Shown piece by piece: positions 10,408 to 18,900 of a stretch of 18,900 bases of DNA. The translations under genes were made by a program, and so were the position numbers. How positions within the stretch are numbered: position 1 is the stretch's first letter; every line of letters begins with the position of its first letter. The DNA is from Ginkgo biloba (taxonomy: Eukaryota; Plantae; Ginkgophyta): assembly GCA_024626585.2 (NCBI GenBank), contig JANKJI020000004.1:139091092-139109991 (forward strand), written 5' to 3'. The notes beneath the pieces were generated by a model. It saw only the letters and a program-made list of their open reading frames with translations. It ran no database searches and was not told the origin of the DNA.

Positions 10408-11054
10408 AAATCATTATAGTATCATTTCCTTCCTTCTTTGGTAAGATGCAAATAACTCGTTCCCCATTGCTTCATTTCATTATGATTTATTCATCTGCTC
10501 AAAAATAGAAAATATACAACTAGGACCAAAATTGATATGGATAAAACACATCAAACATGACTTCACTTCAGTAGATTTTCAACATTTTCAAAGGATTCGA
10601 AGGCATTAGTCTATGGATATAGATTTGATTGCTACAACCTATCATCAAATCATTCCAACTCTATAGTTATGTCCAGTTCAATTAAATAAATAGTAATGTT
10701 AATGCATAAATCTAATAATTTTCATAAAATAGAATTGTAATGTTTTTCTAAATGCCAATGTATGTGATATTCAATTTTCATAATACCTTTGTAACTCTTT
10801 CTATTTTTGAAATGGATTTCATGCTAGTCACGGTATTCCTCAAGATCCACTCTTGTAACTGCTATCCACATTCACCACCAAACTGGTTAATGTGATAACT
10901 ACAGGTTTATCATCATCAGCACATTGCTTGCAAGGTTGATAGGCAATTGAACCAATCACTACTTGGTCTATCTACAAGAAGGCCTTCAAAACCTTGCATT
11001 CAGGTCATGAGAGCTTCCTAGTTTTAACTCGATTTGGATATCATTTTGGAGTCC

Positions 11055-11222
11055 TGGAACATTGTTTACCATGCAACACAACTAGGTAAATGTTTGAGTG
11101 TAGTCATCAACGGTACTAACTTGCTGCACTTTTGATAACTGAGATTAGTAATCATTTTCCTGTGTGGCATCAAACTTGTTTATGCAATATCCATGTGTCA
11201 TTGTCAAAATCCCAACATTTAT
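11055..11222 (-). mobile_element. Ty3/gypsy gag (retrotransposon gag domain) remnant
   Basis: The minus strand reads ...NKFDATQENDY*SQLSKVQQVSTVDDYTQTFT*LCCMVNNVP, matching the gag pattern RF-x(8-9)-L-xx-L-x-Q-x-G-[ST]V-x-[DE]Y-xxx-F-xx-L. Two in-frame stops. Confidence 0.65.
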
Positions 11223-11525
11223 NNNNNNNNNNNNNNNNNNNNNNNNNNNNNNNNNNNNNNNNNNNNNNNNNNNNNNNNNNNNNNNNNNNNNNNNNNNNNN
11301 NNNNNNNNNNNNNNNNNNNNNNCACTCTAAGTGCATGCACCAACATGGTATAGATCTGAAGTGCACGTATTTATATGGTGTATAGTTTCTTGGAATCTAT
11401 GCATAGTTACGACCTGAAACTTGATAGACAAATGGATTTCATCATTACGTAGAGCCTACATTTGATAAAATTGAATTAGTCCCTTGGGTTTTCATCTAAT
11501 CATGTCCACTAAACTTTAACAAACC

Positions 11526-11876
11526 CTCCAATACCAAGCAGGTACATCATTTAGTGACCCAGTGGAAAGATATTTTTTAGATCCTTTGCATTTGGAAGAA
11601 AATAGGAAGGATGCAATTTTTCTCTCCGAGAAATATCAAAATAAAGTCAAACAAAGTTTTTACAAAACATCATCAAAGAAGTTCCAAATGGGTGATTGAG
11701 TGCTATTATGGAGTAAAGTGAAAGATAAACTAGGTTCCCATCACAAGTTTGATTTGATTTATCTAGGACCATACAACATCATCGAGATAATTGAAGAGAA
11801 TGCATTCATGTTAAATAAACAATATGGAGATTTATTTCCCATCCTATTTGATGGGAAATACTTGAAACATTGTTAT
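11526..11876 (+). mobile_element. Ty3/gypsy (Tat/Ogre-like, non-chromovirus) integrase C-terminal remnant with GPY motif
   Basis: One frame reads DPVERYFLDPLHLEENRKDAIFLSEKYQNKVKQSFYKTSSKKFQMGD*VLLWSKVKDKLGSHHKFDLIYLGPYNIIEIIEENAFMLNKQYGDLFPILFDGKYLKHCY. This matches F-x-VGDLVL-W...GKH-KF...W-GPY-I...NAF-L...G...NG-x-LK-Y. Stop at 11697. Confidence 0.88.
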
Positions 11877-12349
11877 TTACAATTTGATAAAAAAAAGAAA
11901 ACTACTCTATAAATTTTGTACATAAAGAAAATTTTAGTATCCATTTCGAAAGTATAGATAATATAGGTATTAAAATATTTTTATTATTTATAAAATTTTT
12001 GATACAAATAGTGCATATATAGAATAGGTTACAAATACTCTTATGGATGACTCCCTCCTCACCCAGAATCATCTTATAATCAATGAAGTTATTGGTGGTA
12101 AGAATAGAAGAATGGATACAACACTAGTTGGAGTAACTAAAGATATTAAAGATTGGACTTTGAATAAGAGTTATTATCTCTGAACATAAAGATTTTTGTA
12201 GCTATAAAGTTGAGTGATGGCTTTCTCCTATAGCTATGAACTTCATCTTATTTCAACTCCAACATCCAGTGCTTAGTTATGGATTAAGAGAAAATAATGC
12301 TTTACATGTTGGTTCATGGAGAATCTTGTTCAAGTTGTCTATAGATCAT

Positions 12350-12640
12350 ATCTAAAGTTTGGTTTCCATGCCTAAAAAATCATCTCCATGAGCCATTTAT
12401 TTTTAATGTTGAGCCTATCTCTTTCCATTATTCTTTTCAATACCTTCCATTCCACTAAGTTATTACATCCTACTACAAGGAGGACCTACTTGTTCATGAA
12501 AAATAATATAGAAAGGGAATACTTCTTGTTAAGCCCTTGTCATCCCATAATAAATTCTTTTCCTAATCCACACAACATCAAAATTTTTATTCCCCATATT
12601 CCTCATAACCAACCCAAGCTTCATTCCCATCCTATTTTTT
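12350..12640 (-). mobile_element. Possible LINE ORF1 (DUF4283-like) remnant, highly decayed
   Basis: Minus-strand fragments WL*GIWG...GLGKEFI and, in another frame, AWKPNF occur in the order expected for W-xxx-W...LGKGFF...W-x-PNF. Confidence 0.3.
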
Positions 12641-14340
12641 TCTAAGATCTTTTCCTTTTATAAAATAATTTATATTTTGTGGAGCTTTGCACACATATGA
12701 AAGGGTTAATCAAATATTTATTATTAGGCACTGCATATCAAAGATAAGATAAGAATCCATGGTGATGTTTGCATAGATTAGTAGTTTTCAATAAAGCGTG
12801 TGATAAAAAAGGAGCAATGAATATGTACCTATTTAAAATCATAATATATGCTTTTAAAATACAGGAGAAGTAGATCATCATTACTAACACAGATAAAGTT
12901 CTTTATTATTATTTAATTCAAATTTGTAAATATAAAACCATTATAGAATATCATCACATGACAACCCCATGGATCTAGGATGAGGTTCTATAAATAAGTT
13001 ATGAAAATATTGAAGAAATTTTAGCATAGTCGTATATCCACCCATAATTGGTCAATTTATGAGGTTCTTGCATAGGAGGCAGGGGAAAGTTTTCCCTGAA
13101 AAGAAATATTTCCCATGAATGGATTTAGTGTAATTAATGAGTAGGAGAAGTGAAGTAACTATACATAAATATAGCTAATGTATTCATGTGTAGGGAGGGG
13201 CAATGAGAAACAACAAAGGGATCTAAAAAATGGAAATTGATTTTAATCATCCTTTTCCTTTATTTTTCATTTTGTTGAGTCCTCCCATACCTGAATTTGT
13301 GGTAGAAAAAAAGGAAAAATATTATGGTGATTCTAATCTTATACTTAACTGAAGTTTCTCCCATCATAGAAGAATTTATGAAGCAGATCAAGATTTTTCG
13401 ATGACTAGCACTCAAATTTATAACAAGTCTTAAATCATGAATAAGATTGGAATTACCGATTCTACTAAAAATGTTATCTATTATAGATCATATATCTCAT
13501 GTCATACTTGATACGTGATAAAATACCCCTTATTTTATAGGAGTATTTTCAAAAAAATATTTTGCACAAGTTAAAGACATTGGCAAACCAAAGATTCTAG
13601 GATCCACNNNNNNNNNNNNNNNNNNNNNNNNNNNNNNNNNNNNNNNTTAATAAAAATACTTTGTTTAGAATAATGGGGCAATAGTGATTCTCAAACACAA
13701 CAAATGAAGATGGCTCCACACAATTAGAAAATTTTAATTTTTAAAATTTGAAGCTCACCATTAACTTTATCCTTTTGATCTGTGCTAACTACCTTCTCTG
13801 ATTGTTGGGTGAGATCTCATATGGAGTTGATGATTGAATATCTTTGGTTTTTGTTGGGGATCAATGGAAATTTATGTGATTATAAAGGAGGAAATTGAAT
13901 GGGCAACCAAAATCATGATTTTTTCCTCAAACAAAAAAAATAGAAGAAAGAAGGAATTTTGTTAGCAATAACCCTAATAAATTTGAGGATATTCCTTAGA
14001 ATTGAGGCTATGATCTCATTTTGGTTATAAAATATGCTCATTTCCATGGCGACTTATTAGAGATTAGACACTTAAGGCTATTTAAGTGTGAANNNNNNNN
14101 NNNNNNNNNNNNNNNNNNNNNNNNNNNNNNNNNNNNNNNNNNNNNNNNNNNNNNNNNNNNNNNNNNNNNNNNNNNNNNNNNNNNNNNNNNNNAGGTAGGT
14201 CCTGAGTTCTCCGACGGTGTTAGTATGGGCTACTTTGACGATGTCAGTCCCGACGAAGTGTGCTACATCTTCTCTGACATCACTTCTTCCTCCGTCGATG
14301 GTGTCATCCACTCGTGCCCAAAAGCACTGGATGCTCCTGC

Positions 14341-15472
14341 ATCACAAGTTGTTAGGGATATATTAGTATTTCCAATTACTCTTGCTTTCGCTTGACTTCT
14401 TTGATGACTTAGCACATAGGAGGGATCTTAGGAAATGAAAAAAAAATTCCATCTATATCGCATACTCCATGGCCGACTGCTACTGCCTAACACCTTTGGT
14501 CTTGTCTACCCCTAGACTATGAATATAATGTATCATTCCCTGGTTCATCCAGGAAGTTGGTCCATCTAGGAGGGCCTCCCTTCTCCTTCTTCAACGTATG
14601 TATTGTACTTCCTTATTAGAGATTTTGCAGGCCCCTTCAAGGGTTGTGAAGTCTCATGGATTATTACCCCTTTGCTAATGCCATTCCCTAGTGCTTGTAT
14701 ATCTCCTGCCCCTTTGAAGTTTCCTTGAACATACCAAGATTGTGGGAGGCTATCAAGATTATAGAGCATCTTGGTCCTGTCTTAACGCATGTGTGTTTAG
14801 TTTACCCTAGTGACATTGTGGGTCCCTTCAGGAATACATGCTTTCCTAGGTGTCTATTTCTCCTTGAAGCATAAGGAATATGAAAAATAACCAGGAGAAG
14901 TTATCTTAGATCTTTGGCCCTCCCTGGTGTACATGCTCTAAGTACTCCTTGGTGATGTGGTGGGCCCCTCAGGGAATATGCACCCTCTTGGATGCTTTAG
15001 CTTTCCTTAACACATAAGGAATAGAAAGGTTGTTATTAGTAGTCCTCCTGGGCATCTTTTTCTTCCTTGATGTACTCCTATGGGCCCCTCACTTATTCGC
15101 TGCATATACTTCTTGTCCTACACTTCCCTGGTTCTAGATGTTTATGTCATTCCCTAGGCCCTTTAGATTTTCCTTATCGATTAGGATTGGCTCTACATCT
15201 CCTTTAGTATATGTTGTTATGTCGTAATAATTTTGTCCCCCCCCAAGGGGTGCGCTACCATCTTCGATCATTTAAACCTCCCTTATCGCACTAGGATAAA
15301 GGAAGCCTACCAAGAGCATGGGTCATCTTGGTCTCTCCTTGGCACACGTGATTTTGTTTCATCTTAATGACTTGGTGGGCCCCTTAAGGGTCACTCTCTC
15401 TCTTGGACACATCTTTCTCCAGTAGCTGCCCAGGAACATGAAATGTTATCACGAGCAACTTGCCCCTCCTTG
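14341..15472. repeat. Interspersed non-coding repeat, copy 2 (homologous to 5935-7040)
   Basis: Collinear with copy 1 over ~1.1 kb and spans both small N gaps in copy 1. Truncated by the 100-N gap at 15473. Confidence 0.9.
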
Positions 15473-17304
15473 NNNNNNNNNNNNNNNNNNNNNNNNNNNN
15501 NNNNNNNNNNNNNNNNNNNNNNNNNNNNNNNNNNNNNNNNNNNNNNNNNNNNNNNNNNNNNNNNNNNNNNNNTGCGAAGATTAAGATTCCAGGTTTGGAG
15601 TTTTTATAAAGTTGTATCTTCTTCATAATTTCATCAAATGTCATGGACTCAAAATTCAATTCAAATAAATTATGGAAAGTTAAATTTAAATTGATAAGAA
15701 CTTTTTCAAACGTTTGAGTTTTAGAGTATAGGTAAATCTAAGGAACTTAATTAACTAAGTATTTGGTTTGTGGCTATATGTACCTAAAATAGTAGTAAAA
15801 ATATTAATCCCATAGATTTGACAGAAGAGTAAATTGACAATAATACAATACTTAGGTCTACCATCACGTAAGGAAAATTTTTAGAGTTTTAGGATTTGTG
15901 GAATACCAAGCAATAAAACACTAGCATGGGCACAAACATATGTTTTACTTGAGTTAATAAAATGGAAAGAGACATTGTTATGGTTTGGGTTTTGAGTTAT
16001 AATATAAAGAATAAATCATATCCACCTCTCAATCCCTAGACCCAAAATAAAATATAAAATATCATTTCATCAAAGATGCGCATATAGTCTTCAATGAGGG
16101 TATATTTTAGAGTTTGAGATTCCAAAGATCATGATGGATAAAATGTATTTCCCTTAGCCCATGAACCCAAATTATAATATGATATATTTGAAAAGTAATT
16201 GCTAATATTTCTAATAATTCAAAATTTTAGGCCATAGCATTATTAGTGCGAGGACTTGGCATACCTCTCTTTCACTAACTTTGAGTAACCCAAATTTGAA
16301 AATATGCAGAGGATAAAATACTAAATGGAATGAAAGAGAATGTGATATGGATCTAATATATGGATTTACAAGGTCAAATTTTAATCACATCAATGATCCA
16401 TGATTCAAATAAAGGATAATTAAAGTATTTTTACCTACCATGGATCTTAATGGTGGTACTTGTAAATTGCATCAAAGGGAACATATGATTATTTTCACCA
16501 TGAGTAGCATACATATGTCACTTATGAATTCACTCCTACATTATTAATAATATTTGAACATATTTCCTTGGGAATTTTCCATTTATGTTAAGAGGAATAT
16601 GTGCACTTGATCCTTGACAAGGGAGAGAGTTCATTGGAACGAAAGGAAGAAGTCACACAAAGAAAGAAATTGTGTAGGGGTGAAAGTTAATTTTAGCAAT
16701 CATCACTAACCACCTGGAAATAAGGTTAAAAGGGATAAGAAATAAGGAAAATGGGATCCACCCAACTCTACTAGTGAGAAATTTATCTTGTATCCCATCC
16801 TCTATATATCCCTATGTTCTATGTTTTCTTGATTCTATTTATTCTATCCTTGAAGTGNNNNNNNNNNNNNNNNNNNNNNNNNNNNNNNNNNNNNNNNNNN
16901 NNNNNNNNNNNNNNNNNNNNNNNNNNNNNNNNNNNNNNNNNNNNNNNNNNNNNNNNNTTCTATAGGACCACATGTTAGGCCCCTCCTACACTCGATGGAA
17001 TATCCCTTTATATACAAGATAAATCGTTAGAAAAGTGATCCATAATGACTATGAGAGATATTATTTCAATATTTTTTTCCAAGGATATTAAGAGTAATAT
17101 AGAGAAGTTTTATTTTTATTACATGACAAAATAAAATGTAATGGTCCTAAAATATCCCCTAAATTATAGGTGATTGTGAATACCATGCACACTAATGGAA
17201 TGAAAAATAAATACTAAGTGGAACATATTTAGGTAGGATATAAGTGAAATAAATACCATGCACATTTATAGTAAGGAAATAAAATTGTACATATGGATAT
17301 TATC

Positions 17305-18466
17305 ATAGATAAAATACTTCTTCCTTTTCACCATAATACACTTCCTTTGATAAGGAACTATCTTTGGCTTCCTATCATTCACAAAGGGAATACCAAGTAA
17401 TATGATAGTGTAATCCATAGGAATAACATTGTATATAATCTCATCAATATAATCCTTAGTGATTATAAACTTGAAACTGCATAGATGGATAACATGATTT
17501 TTCTCATCTCTATTTTATCCACTGATATTGTAAGGATATAGATGCTCATAAATCTATAATCCCAAATCATTCACTATGGAATATGAAACCAAATTATTTT
17601 TAGTTCCAATATCAAGTATAATTTATGCCAAACTATTATTAAAATATACCATTAATGTGAAGAGGATCTCATGATCCTTACTCTTAGTTTTTGAGTTGAT
17701 AAGGGTAATTGACAAATTAAGCTCTCTTGAAGTAATCATTGCCTTTGATACTCTCCTATTTTCTCTCTTCTTATCCTAATATAGAGCTATCAATGACTTA
17801 TCTAGATGAATATTAAAATAATTTGTTTCATCATGTCCCTACTCACCATAATGGTCACATTTCTTTGTTGTGTCAAAACCTATCTTCTTCTTCTCTCTAC
17901 TAAAAGAAGGTGTAGAAGTGGCAGTGGTTATCTTCTTATCCATTCTCTAAAATCCCTATTAAACCTTCCCCTTAGCTTCAATCTTCAAGGAAAACCTGTA
18001 TGCCTCCTAAATGGTATATAATAAAAATAAATTTGAGTCTTCCTACAAACTTGAGCACCATATTATCAACCAGTTCTTTGATGTCTAATTAGATTGATGG
18101 ATGCAGGTGAGTACTCCTCATAAGAATCCTCTAATCTCTTCCCTATATTCTAATAGAGATGATTCCACTTGAATAATATTTTATCCACATACCCAAGAGG
18201 ATAAAAATTCTTCCTCAACTCCTTATTAAATTCCATCTAAGAAGGAACTTGAGGTTGTCCCCTTACTCTTATGATTTTAAAAAAGAGTCCCACCAAATAA
18301 TATCCTTCCTTAAGATATTTAACCTAATAGATTATATCTTCTACTCATATATAATTGAATTGATATAATAATAAACATATAGGAATTATATACAAGTCTC
18401 CAAAGACTTGACATCCATCACCCCATCAAACACTTTAATATCCACCTTTGACTTAAGCTAAATTGG
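17305..18466 (-). mobile_element. Ty3/gypsy gag - zinc knuckle - aspartic protease pseudogene (CRM/chromovirus-like)
   Basis: Gag: KVDIKVFDGVMDVKSLETCI*FLYVYY...IIWWDS, PS*MEFNKELRKNFYPLGYVDKILFKWNHLY*NIG and VLKFVGRL. Degenerate CCHC knuckle CDHYGE*GHDETNY at 17859-17818. Protease at 17670-17305: ILFTL...IILDIGTKNNLVS...LGL*IYEHLYPY...CSFKFIITKDYIDEIIYNVIPMDYTIILLGIPFVNDR, with the catalytic D-[ST]-G changed to DIG at 17613-17605. Many stops and frameshifts. Confidence 0.93.
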
Positions 18467-18900
18467 ATTTTCTCTAATGGTTAACTATGGTGATGAACTT
18501 ATGGCAAGAGCAATAACATACTAAGATAAAGTAACAATACAATATAAAGGAGGAAGTAAATAAGTATTCACCCTGGTGGTGGAACCACCAAAGGATATGT
18601 AGAACTCAATGACATAAGTTATATCTTCATCTTTGGCACGAGTGTAATAATTCCTCATATAATATCACAAGTATCATTTTATTCCTATCATATATTTTGA
18701 ATCAAAGTGTGTATCTCATCCATATGATCCTTACGATTTCCTTCTTGAAAATCTCCCAATTCACTCAATTGATCCCTATCTCTTTTATCTATGGATAGAT
18801 CATAAAGGGATTTTCTAATGGTGGAATTTTCTCTCTACTTCCATCTCCTATAACTTCCTCTCTCTCCATCTCTAGGCCTGCATTCATAATCATAAATCTA

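Noticed and set aside
10885-10920. Minus-strand CTGATGA followed by a tgataa/ttatca stem as a hammerhead ribozyme (retrozyme)
   Set aside because: The stem is followed by cattaa rather than GAAA, so the catalytic core is incomplete.
13080-13098. Near-palindrome caggggaaagttttccctg (and tggtggt-gga-accacca at 18574-18590)
   Set aside because: Short isolated inverted repeats expected by chance, with no supporting context.
1-18466. Joining the gag-protease, RNase H and integrase remnants into one element
   Set aside because: They lie on different strands and assembly pieces, and the integrase is Tat-like while the others are chromovirus-like.

Overview
AT-rich, CpG-poor eukaryotic DNA, most likely from a large-genome land plant (gymnosperm-like by the style of the retroelement motifs; this is inference). 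Nine gaps of exactly 100 N cut the window into ten pieces of about 1-4 kb, so adjacency across those gaps is unreliable. The content is mostly decayed transposable elements: a Ty3/gypsy RNase H remnant (3-198), a short minus-strand LTR with a Met-i PBS (4572-4910), two diverged copies of a ~1.1 kb non-coding repeat with hidden ~140 bp periodicity (5935-7040 and 14341-15472), a 612 bp Tat/Ogre-type LTR with a PPT on its left and an unusually long tRNA-Arg PBS on its right (8532-9189), a gypsy gag remnant (11055-11222), a Tat-type integrase C-terminus (11526-11876), possible LINE remnants, and a gypsy gag-zinc knuckle-protease pseudogene (17305-18466). The only host-like coding sequence is the 3' part of a RimJ/RimL-type GNAT acetyltransferase (10183-10407). 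Most other listed ORFs are gap-spanning or chance ORFs. I cannot support a new multi-gene system here. The most notable signals are the PPT-LTR-PBS arrangement, the 29-nt PBS and the cryptic periodic repeat.
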